Below are positions 10,186 through 18,630 of a DNA stretch of 64,000 nt, piece by piece. Positions within the stretch are counted from its first letter, which is position 1. Each line of letters opens with the position of its first letter. This DNA is from an uncultured Rickettsiales bacterium. GTDB lineage: Bacteria > Pseudomonadota > Alphaproteobacteria > Rs-D84. A program made the position numbers and the translations under genes. Location: the NCBI GenBank assembly GCA_900546225.1, contig URBZ01000001.1, forward strand, positions 85,124 to 149,123, written 5' to 3'. The notes below the pieces were generated by a model, which was not told where the DNA came from, ran no database searches, and saw only the letters and a program-made list of their open reading frames with translations.

Positions 10186-11593
10186 ATTTCTTTTTATTTT
10201 CTAATTTTTTCAGTGTATCTGTCGCATCCGTGGGCTTTTCGTCCGATATACCGTCACACGTTGCCGCACGTGTTTTTAACTTTGACATCGCACGCACCAT
10301 GTCCATACCACGTTGCAACTGGTAATCTTGGGCATCTTTTTCTTCGTCAGACAATTCGACTTCTTCGTCATCATCGGACTTCTTGTCCGCTTTCTTTTTT
10401 GCGTTTTCATTCTTTAATGCGTTTTTGAAAGAGGCCTCTGAATATAAACTTTCGCGACGTTCAATGGTTTCAATCTTGCTCTGCAAAACCTCTACGTCTG
10501 GGGTAATCCCCTCGTTCTGAATAGACCGCCCACTGGGGGTATAATAACGTGCAATAGTAATATGAATCGCCGTGCCATCACCCAACGGTTTTTGCTGTTG
10601 CACACTGCCCTTGCCAAAACTTTGCGACCCCATAACCAACGCACGGCCATTGTCCTGTAATGCGCCCGCAACAATTTCAGACGCCGATGCCGAACCATGA
10701 TTTATCAGCACAACAATTGGTTTGCCGCCCGTCATATCGCCCGCTTTGGCCATGGCACGTTCAATATCCGCAGCATCTTTACCACGCGTTGACACAATTT
10801 CGCCACCATCCAGAACCGCATCTGCAATATCAATCGCCGCCGTCAGATACCCCCCAGGGTTATTGCGCACATCAATTACATAACCAATAACATTCTTTTT
10901 CTCCAACTTTTTAATCGCATTGCGAAACTCCTTGGCCGTGGTTGCGCCGAAATCAGAAATACGCACATAACCAATTTTTTCCTTTGAATTTTCGTCCATA
11001 TCCGCAATCGTCTTGTCGTCAAACTTGACGGACTTTACCTTGATAATTGCGCGTTTCAATGTAACATCGCGTGCGTCTTTGCCATCGGACAAGATGGTCA
11101 ACTTAACCTTTGTCCCCGGGCGACCTTTCATCTTTTTTACCGCCTGATTCAATGTCATATCAAAGACCATTTCGCCATCAATACTGGTAATATAGTCGCC
11201 GGCCTTGATACCTGCCTTGGCCGCAGGCGTATCGTCAATCGGCGAAATCACGCGAATTGCGCCACGGTCGCTGGTGACCTGAATGCCCAAACCACCAAAT
11301 TCACCATAAGATTTATCGTTAAATTCTTTCAAATCGTCCGCCGACAGATACGACGAATGTGGGTCAAGTGCGCCCAACATACCGTTCATTGCCGCTTCCA
11401 GCATTTTCTTTTCATCGGCCTCTTCGACAAAACTGTCGCGCGCGACATCAAACACCAGCGCAAATTTTTGCAACTGTTCATAAATCTGTTCATCGGTCAG
11501 GTGCACAACCGGTTCTTCTTTCTTTGCCTTGCCGGCGGCGATGGCCGTCATTGGCACAAATAACGCAACCAAGACCAAAAATTTCTTTAACAT
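10184..11593 (-). CDS. ctpA: C-terminal processing peptidase (S41, tail-specific protease) with PDZ domain
   Basis: PDZ region (GIKAGDYITSIDGE) and S41 catalytic region (VVLINHGSASASEIVAGALQD). Signal peptide from MLKKFLVLV. Confidence 0.9.
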   Translation of the reverse strand: MLKKFLVLVALFVPMTAIAAGKAKKEEPVVHLTDEQIYEQLQKFALVFDVARDSFVEEADEKKMLEAAMNGMLGALDPHSSYLSADDLKEFNDKSYGEFGGLGIQVTSDRGAIRVISPIDDTPAAKAGIKAGDYITSIDGEMVFDMTLNQAVKKMKGRPGTKVKLTILSDGKDARDVTLKRAIIKVKSVKFDDKTIADMDENSKEKIGYVRISDFGATTAKEFRNAIKKLEKKNVIGYVIDVRNNPGGYLTAAIDIADAVLDGGEIVSTRGKDAADIERAMAKAGDMTGGKPIVVLINHGSASASEIVAGALQDNGRALVMGSQSFGKGSVQQQKPLGDGTAIHITIARYYTPSGRSIQNEGITPDVEVLQSKIETIERRESLYSEASFKNALKNENAKKKADKKSDDDEEVELSDEEKDAQDYQLQRGMDMVRAMSKLKTRAATCDGISDEKPTDATDTLKKLENKKK

Positions 11594-11715
11594 TTTCGCT
11601 TTTCCCCTTGCCTTGTGATACAACAAAAACACCATATACCAAAAAAACCGCACTCGCAACACGATTTTTTGACTTTTTATACAGATTTTACCAATTTCAT
11701 CAACGCTACAATCAC

Positions 11716-11749
11716 TTGACAAAATAATTTTCTGTGCTATATTACCCGT
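11716..11749 (+). promoter_or_regulatory. sigma70-like promoter (TTGACA-16nt-TATATT) upstream of the Fic-like gene
   Basis: Near-consensus -35 and -10 hexamers read directly: ttgacaaaataattttctgtgctatatt. Confidence 0.5.
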
Positions 11750-11763
11750 ACATGGGTGACCAC

Positions 11764-12489
11764 ATGACAAAGACGCAAAATTATAAAATTCGTATCGAAG
11801 AAAACCGACAACAGATAACCAACATGTTATCTGGGGCGGACACGCACAAGCGGTTGAATAACATCAACTGGCTGCGTCACGAATTGTCATACACCGAACC
11901 GCGCACATTGTTTTACGTGCCGTCACGGGAACAGTTGCCCTATCTGGATTACAACAGTATGAAAAATCTGGGGACGGCATATGATTACATCATTGACAAC
12001 CCCGACACAATTATTGACATTCCTGAAATTTGCAAGTTGCACAGTATGTTATGCGCCGGCACACCGATTCAGGGCGGTCTGTTTCGCAACACGTCCAAGG
12101 TTTTGGAACTGTATGTCAACGGCAATCGCATTCATGCGCCCGAATCCACCGAGATTCCATCAAAACTGAACGAAATCGTGTACAAGTTCAATAATCAAAA
12201 CGAATGTACATTGATGCGCGCATTTAGCGCACACTATGACCTGATTATGTTACAGCCATTTGATGATTTTAACAAACGCACTGCGCGCCTGATTATGAAT
12301 TGGCTGCTGATTCAAGGCGGCTATCGCCCAATCGTGTTTAACCAGCGTACCGACAAACAGAAATACAAAGACGCCATCACCGCCAAGGCCGCCGGTGACA
12401 CGAAAAAATATACTCAATATATGTATTCATGCCTGTTGCGTACACAGAATGAAATAATCAACTTGTTAAAGAAATCGCGGGTGCTGTGA
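11764..12489 (+). CDS. Fic/Doc (Fido) family protein with degenerate catalytic motif
   Basis: Fic-fold region (GGLFRN...ESTEIPSKLNEIV). The motif position reads QPFDDFNKRTAR instead of HPFx(D/E)GNGRxxR. Confidence 0.7.
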   Translation: MTKTQNYKIRIEENRQQITNMLSGADTHKRLNNINWLRHELSYTEPRTLFYVPSREQLPYLDYNSMKNLGTAYDYIIDNPDTIIDIPEICKLHSMLCAGTPIQGGLFRNTSKVLELYVNGNRIHAPESTEIPSKLNEIVYKFNNQNECTLMRAFSAHYDLIMLQPFDDFNKRTARLIMNWLLIQGGYRPIVFNQRTDKQKYKDAITAKAAGDTKKYTQYMYSCLLRTQNEIINLLKKSRVL

Positions 12490-13409
12490 TGGTAAAAATA
12501 AAAACACTGAATCATGGTCGCGAAACATATGCCGTATATTACGGCGCAGATTTTGTGCTGAAACGCCCACTGCCGAACATGGGGCAAGTGGCCAAAGACG
12601 CATGGTTGGCCAAACAACACAAAACACAAATCGCCATTGATCGCATTCGCGCCGCAGACAACCCACTGTACAACGTGCCTGAAATGCGCTTTATCAATGA
12701 CGAAGAATATCAAATTCTGGAAGAGCGCGCCCCAGGTTACCCATTAAATCGTGATTTGTATCGCAAACTGTCACGTCGTCAGCGTTACGAAATAATAAAC
12801 AGTTTAGGCAGTTTTCTGGTCGACATGAACGAATCGATGCCTATTGGTGATGTTGAAAATCACAAAATCGCCAGCGAATTAAAATTCAGCCGTCTGGATA
12901 ACTTTATTGAAACCAAGATGTCAAATTGGTTCACAAAAAACGAGACAATCCAAATGGCGCGCATTCGTGACCAAATCGGCACATTTGAATACCCAACACG
13001 CATGGCGTGGTCACATTGCGACCTGAACCCAGGCAACGTTTTGTACGACCCCGAAACCAGTAAATTATCATTCATTGATTTCGCAGAGGCCGGATATCGC
13101 TTTATCTATCGCGACATATTTGCATCATTACAGATTGAATTGAATATATTCAAACAGGTCTATGAAGTATATTGCAAAATGCACGCGAAAAACCTGTGGT
13201 CTATGCCCAGCGCGAAAAATGACGCACTGCGCGACATTATGAAATACCGCATAATGGTTGTATGGTTGAAACGCTTTATCAAGGCAGCCGACGATTTGCG
13301 CCTTAACCCCAAAAACACCAAGAGCGAGAATAACAACCTAGAAAAGATTGCGTTTATGCGCGAACAACTGGTCAATTTTCAGAATCTGGAACGCCAGTTC
13401 CAAAAGTAA
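12489..13409 (+). CDS. aminoglycoside/choline-kinase-like phosphotransferase (protein-kinase-like fold)
   Basis: Catalytic loop HCDLNPGNVLYD, DFG-equivalent IDFAEAG, beta3 Lys in FVLKRP. Start overlaps the Fic-like stop (TGATG). Confidence 0.7.
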   Translation: MVKIKTLNHGRETYAVYYGADFVLKRPLPNMGQVAKDAWLAKQHKTQIAIDRIRAADNPLYNVPEMRFINDEEYQILEERAPGYPLNRDLYRKLSRRQRYEIINSLGSFLVDMNESMPIGDVENHKIASELKFSRLDNFIETKMSNWFTKNETIQMARIRDQIGTFEYPTRMAWSHCDLNPGNVLYDPETSKLSFIDFAEAGYRFIYRDIFASLQIELNIFKQVYEVYCKMHAKNLWSMPSAKNDALRDIMKYRIMVVWLKRFIKAADDLRLNPKNTKSENNNLEKIAFMREQLVNFQNLERQFQK

Positions 13410-13473
13410 AAGTTTCCCCCATCGCCCCCCCGCAAAATCTGACGATTTTGCAGGGTGGCACGGTGTGTTGGGA

Positions 13474-14991
13474 TTATTTCCAGTCATCGGGGATGTCGTT
13501 ATAATCTGACAGTTCTGTGGCATCGGTGTACATACCCCCAACATTGTCGGACGTTGCTGATGGGAACACATTATACAGGTATGTCCCATCTGGATTCCGT
13601 GCCGACGGCCCTGTCAGCCCACTGCAACCGCTAAATGTGTCAACGAACATGTAATCGGCTGGCTTGCCGGACAAGTCACCAAAGAAACCAAGTGGAATTT
13701 CGCCAGTCAGGTTTTCGCACCCTGCAAATGTCCCTTGAAACATACCGTCGGTTGGTGCCCCCTTTATTCCCGTAAACAGTCCTTCTGGTAAACTGGTCAG
13801 CTTTGTGTGGTTATAAAACGTCTGGTCAAAGTTTGGTTGGCTGCCATCTGCTAGGGTTGGGAATATTGCGCCCAAACTGCCTGATATTTTTTCCGTATGT
13901 TCGGCATAATCAAAACGAATTGCAGCATAACCATCAGAGTACGCGGTTGCTTTACCGCTGATTTTAATGGTGTATGTATCCTGATTGTAATAACCGTAAT
14001 CGTGCGTTATGTATTTTTCATCTGTATCGGTTTTGGTTATCGTTTCTATAATACCTCCATCGCCCCAGTCCACATAGAATTTTCCAGCGGCAGAGATGAT
14101 AATAGCAAACGAAGAGGTGTCACTTGTGGTAGTTATGGTAAATGTGGAATCTGTCACCTCTCCGTCCGGTGGGATGGGGCCAGTGTACGTACATGCCTTG
14201 CCGCCCCACGTTGATGGGATTGACGCGTTATCTTCCAAACACGTGCCGGTGTACATATCACCGACCTGTAATGATGTTGCCGACGAGAATGCATTATACA
14301 AATACGTGCCATCTGGGCTCCGTGCTGATTTACCGGTCAGACCACTGCACCCATTAAATGTATGGGTAAACATATTGTTTTGTAACGTACCAGATAAATT
14401 ACCAAATAACCCCAACGGTATCTCGCCCGTCAGACCGGAACAGCCCCTGAATGTGCCGCCAAACATACTGTATGCAGGCGCGCCAGACAGTTCGCCAAAC
14501 AATCCCGATGGAATTTCGCCTGTCAGACCACTGCATCCATTAAATGTGGCGTCAAACATATATGTAGCGGGTGCGCCAGTTATATTTCCAAACAGTCCAG
14601 ACGGTATTGAACCCGTCAAGCCGGAACAGCCCCTGAAAGTACCGCCAAACATGCTGGGCGCTGGTGCGCCAGACAGTTCGCCAAACAATCCCGATGGAAT
14701 TTCGCCCGTCAGACCAGTGCACCCATTAAACGTCCCGTCAAACATATATGCAGCAGGTGCGCCAGATATATTTCCAAACAGTCCTGACGGTATTGACCCC
14801 GTCAGACCGGAACTGCCCCTGAATGTGCTGGCAAACATATAGACCGCCGGCGCGCCAGAAATTCCTGAAAATAGTTTTTCTGGGATGCTGCCCGTCAGAT
14901 TGGTGCAGCCATAAAACGTACTACGAAAAATCGGACGACGTCCATTTACCGTTGGGAATATTTCACCCAAGCTGCCACTGATTTTTGCCAA
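13474..14991 (-). pseudogene. C-terminal fragment of a frameshifted PKD-like/LRR-like modular surface protein (continues 15032..16867)
   Basis: No signal peptide. Begins mid-repeat. The -1 frame upstream reads IGGRATGYASSYNESGAAISFKNNKNLAKISGSLGE, continuous with the upstream ORF. Confidence 0.6.
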
Positions 14992-15031
14992 GTTTTTATT
15001 ATTCTTAAAACTGATTGCGGCACCTGACTCA

Positions 15032-16867
15032 TTATAAGACGATGCGTACCCCGTTGCACGCCCACCAATGCCGCACGGCGTACGCGCCCGCCGTGGTGTA
15101 TGTATGACTGATGGTTTGATTAGTTGTATCGGTCTTTTCTATTTTCTGAAATGCACTGCCGTCGCCCCAGTTGACATAAAATTTCCCTGCCGCAGAAATA
15201 TTGAAACTGAAACTGCTGGTGTCACTGGTGGTGGTCAACTCAAACGGGTATTCCGGTTCTGGTTCAACATATGTGCATGTCGCCCCGCCCCACGTTGATG
15301 GTATCGATGCATTATCTTCCAAACACGTGCCAGTGTACATATGCCCCGTGTATGAGTTTGTGGTTGATGGGTACACTTCATACAAATATGTACCATCTGG
15401 GTTACGTGCGGACTTTCCATACAAGCCCTTGCACCCATAAAATGTATGATAAAACATTGTGGTGGCACGTTCACCCGACAAATTACCAAACAGCCCCAGT
15501 GGAATTTCCCCTGTCAGACCACTGCACCCCTCAAACGCCCATGCGTACATACTGCTGGCGGCTTCGCCCGAAATATTACCGAACAAGTTTGATGGGATTT
15601 CACCCGTCAAACCACTGCACCCATAGAACACATAGCGGAACATACTGCCCGCGGGCTCACCACGCAGATTGCCAAATAATCCAGATGGAATACTGCCCGT
15701 CAGACCACTGCAACCATAAAATACGCTGTTAAACATGCTGTTAGCCGGCGCACCCGACAGATTGCCAAACAGTCCAGATGGGATACCTGTCAGACCTTTG
15801 CAGTTGTAAAATGTGCTGTCGAACATGTCTTTGGCCGGCGCACCATACAGATTACCAAATAACCCAGATGGAATACTGCCCGTCAGACCACTGCAATCAT
15901 AAAATAAGCTTTTGAACATACCGATGGCTGGGGCACCAGATATACCAGCGAACAGATTTTCTGGGATGCTGCCCGTCAACCCAGTGCAACCGTTAAAGGT
16001 GTTGCTGAACATATAGCTCGCTGGCGTACCTTTTATTCCCGCAAACAAATTCTCTGGAATAGAGCCGGTTAATCTGCTGCACCCCAAAAACGTGCTGCTG
16101 AACATATTACTGACCGGTGCACCAGATATACCAGCGAACAGATTTTCTGGAATACTGCCCGTCAAAGTAGATCTGCCATAAAACGCCCTGTAAAACCTCG
16201 GTTGACTGCCATTCGCCAATGTTGGGAATATTGCACCCAAACTGCCCGAAATTCCGGTTAAATGTGAAGTTGATTCGAAACTGATTGCCGCGGTTGTGGC
16301 ACTGGTTGAATATTTCGTTGTCAGACCGCCGATTTTAATATCGTACGCGCCCGCTGTGGTGTATGTATGACTAATGTTTCGAGTGTTTGTATCGGTCTTG
16401 GTTATTGTTTCTACCGCGGTGCCATCGCCCCAGTCAACCCAAAATTCGCCCGCAGCAGAAATCTTGAAACTGAAACTGGTTGTATCACTGCTGGTGGTAG
16501 CAGTGAACGGGAATGTGCGCGGCTTTTTAATCAGGTTTTTAATTGCGTTGTCCACCGTTCGTTTGTTCACGGCGTATGACGTGGCATACGATGTGCCCGA
16601 ATATACCTTGGACGAACCGCCAATCTTTTTATTGGCAATATCAATCGCCGCCATCAGGTATTTCATATTCGCCGCAACCGATTTGTTCGTCAATGCCGAA
16701 TTATACCCCACAGAAACATTCCACTTTGCCAAAATCGCATCATGAATATATTTGACATTCACAACCGGCGACATTGTTGTGGGTTCTGCCACAGCAGCAG
16801 GCGCAACCGTCACATTCAATGCGACGATCATACACAGTAAAATTTTGAATACGCGGTGCAAACCCAT
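15032..16867 (-). CDS. secreted modular protein: PKD-like beta-sandwich domains plus roughly 33-aa LRR-like repeats (N-terminal part of a frameshifted gene)
   Basis: Signal peptide. WGDG..HTY..AG.Y motif occurs twice. Repeats of the form GxIPxxLFGxxSGAPAxxMFxxTFxGCSGLTG. Confidence 0.65.
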   Translation of the reverse strand: MGLHRVFKILLCMIVALNVTVAPAAVAEPTTMSPVVNVKYIHDAILAKWNVSVGYNSALTNKSVAANMKYLMAAIDIANKKIGGSSKVYSGTSYATSYAVNKRTVDNAIKNLIKKPRTFPFTATTSSDTTSFSFKISAAGEFWVDWGDGTAVETITKTDTNTRNISHTYTTAGAYDIKIGGLTTKYSTSATTAAISFESTSHLTGISGSLGAIFPTLANGSQPRFYRAFYGRSTLTGSIPENLFAGISGAPVSNMFSSTFLGCSRLTGSIPENLFAGIKGTPASYMFSNTFNGCTGLTGSIPENLFAGISGAPAIGMFKSLFYDCSGLTGSIPSGLFGNLYGAPAKDMFDSTFYNCKGLTGIPSGLFGNLSGAPANSMFNSVFYGCSGLTGSIPSGLFGNLRGEPAGSMFRYVFYGCSGLTGEIPSNLFGNISGEAASSMYAWAFEGCSGLTGEIPLGLFGNLSGERATTMFYHTFYGCKGLYGKSARNPDGTYLYEVYPSTTNSYTGHMYTGTCLEDNASIPSTWGGATCTYVEPEPEYPFELTTTSDTSSFSFNISAAGKFYVNWGDGSAFQKIEKTDTTNQTISHTYTTAGAYAVRHWWACNGVRIVL

Positions 16868-16875
16868 TGCCCCCT

Positions 16876-17268
16876 TTATTCCGTCGGCAACGGTTGGTCG
16901 GGCACAATCAGCGACCCAGAAACAGTATACTTGCCCGCCATAGTTTGCACCGCCGATGATGCTGTATCAACACGATTTGATACCGCCGAATAAACCGCAT
17001 GCGCCGATGGATACTGGGTATCGGTTGAACTGGATGAAATAGTGGTTGTTTTATTGGACGCGTTTTCCTTGGCATCAATGGACGCCGTCAACGTGGTCTT
17101 TAACGCATTTGTGATTGTGTTTACATAACTGACCGCAGCCAGTCCACCGGTTGTTGTGCTGGTGCCGCCGCCGGGCTCTGATACGGCGGCATTCACATTA
17201 CCAACAACGCCCCATATCATGAAAACAGCCAGTAAAAACAACAAGCGATGTTTCATAGTTTTTTGCAA
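16876..17268 (-). CDS. small secreted protein, paralog of 48580..49011
   Basis: Signal peptide. Conserved C-terminal block TQYPSAHAVYSAVSNRVDT...AGKYTVSGSLIVPDQPLP shared with the paralog. Confidence 0.5.
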   Translation of the reverse strand: MQKTMKHRLLFLLAVFMIWGVVGNVNAAVSEPGGGTSTTTGGLAAVSYVNTITNALKTTLTASIDAKENASNKTTTISSSSTDTQYPSAHAVYSAVSNRVDTASSAVQTMAGKYTVSGSLIVPDQPLPTE

Positions 17269-17381
17269 ATCCTACAATCTTCCGATGTCCATAATAATAC
17301 TTTATTTACACGTATCTCGTCAACAAGATTTATATTTTTTCGCCACATAAAAAGGCCCGTGCCATTCGGCGCGGCTCTACT

Positions 17382-17484
17382 CACTGGATTGCTTCGTCAT
17401 TTCATTCCTCGCAATGACAATGTTTCTAGGAAATTAGTATTTTTTGTCATTGCGAGCAAGCGCAGCGACGCGTGGCAATCCAGT
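17382..17484. repeat. nested palindromic element: inverted copy, ttctag centre, forward copy
   Basis: cactggattgcttcgtcatttcattcctcgcaatgaca ... tttctagg ... ttgtcattgcgagcaagcgcagcgacgcgtggcaatccagtg. The inverted half is the exact reverse complement of 61201-61237. Confidence 0.7.
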
Positions 17485-17559
17485 GAATAAAAATTGTCCG
17501 CCAACGGCGGACAATTTACTCTATCACTTTATCACTGAATCACTTTATCACTAATAGTA

Positions 17560-18630
17560 TTATTCTTCTTTGAACAATCGGGCGGGGTCAACCGCGGCGT
17601 CACCACGGCGAACCTCCAAATACATTTCTGGCCTGTCGGGGTTCATGCGTCCAATCGGTTCACCCGCCAAAACGTCCTGACCAACCATAACGTCAATATC
17701 CCCCAGATTGGTCATAACAGTATTATACCCATTTTTATGCGACATAATTACAACACGCCCAAACCCGCGGAAACTGTCGGCAAATTTAACCGTGCCGTCC
17801 GCCGGCGCAAGCACCAGCGCATCGCCACGCGTGCGAATGCGCCAACCATCTGATTTCAAACCCAGTGCGGTTTTTTCGCCAAAGTGCACCACCACGCGAC
17901 CACGCACCGGCTGATTCAATTTGCGATATGAAAAACGTGCATCACCTGACATTTGCGAACTCCCCACGCCGGCGGACAATTCAGAAATACTTTTTGCGCG
18001 CGCCGACAGTTCGCGCAATTTTTTTTGCAGGGCGGCCTGCTCGCTCTTTAACTGTTCGTTTTGCGCGGCACGCGTGCGCAGCAATTTATCTAGCTGGTTC
18101 TTTTCCGCCGCATATTTTTTCGCGGTGCGGTCTAATTTTTCCTTTTCAATCGCACGCGCATCGCGAATTTTCGCCAGTTCTTGGATTTGTTTGGTTGCAG
18201 TTTGAATCTGGTCATCAAATCGCGCCGCCGCCCCCGACAGCACCGCCGACGTCAAGACATACTCGCGCATATTGTCGGTATCAAAACTGGGGTGCGACGC
18301 CACAAATAAAATACTGGCCGCGGCATCAGAAATACGCGTCTGGTTTGCATCCAACGATTTTTGCAGTTTGTCACGCTGGGCATCCAGTTCTGCAATTTTG
18401 CGCGCAACCGCACCACGTTGTTCTTCCAAATTGCTGACCTGTTCGCCGGCGCGCACCAGTTTCTTTTTTGTGGACGCGACCTCGCGTTCAGAGGTCTGAA
18501 CCCGCTGGGTCAATTTTTTGTTTTGCTGTTTTGTTTGTTCGATTTGTGCATTGATACGCGACAGTTCACTGGTGGCGAACACAGGGCCCGTCGCCAATGC
18601 AATCATCAAAAACAGTACCAGTTTTTTCAT
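17560..18630 (-). CDS. M23/LytM-family peptidase with N-terminal coiled coil (EnvC-like)
   Basis: Signal peptide, long coiled coil, C-terminal M23 region (GRVVIMSHKNGYNTVMTNL). Confidence 0.85.
   Translation of the reverse strand: MKKLVLFLMIALATGPVFATSELSRINAQIEQTKQQNKKLTQRVQTSEREVASTKKKLVRAGEQVSNLEEQRGAVARKIAELDAQRDKLQKSLDANQTRISDAAASILFVASHPSFDTDNMREYVLTSAVLSGAAARFDDQIQTATKQIQELAKIRDARAIEKEKLDRTAKKYAAEKNQLDKLLRTRAAQNEQLKSEQAALQKKLRELSARAKSISELSAGVGSSQMSGDARFSYRKLNQPVRGRVVVHFGEKTALGLKSDGWRIRTRGDALVLAPADGTVKFADSFRGFGRVVIMSHKNGYNTVMTNLGDIDVMVGQDVLAGEPIGRMNPDRPEMYLEVRRGDAAVDPARLFKEE

Noticed and set aside
11734-11763. Upstream in-frame ATGs (11734, 11752) as the Fic-like start
   Set aside because: They fall within or upstream of the predicted promoter and transcription start. 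The ATG at 11764 follows the -10 element by an appropriate distance.
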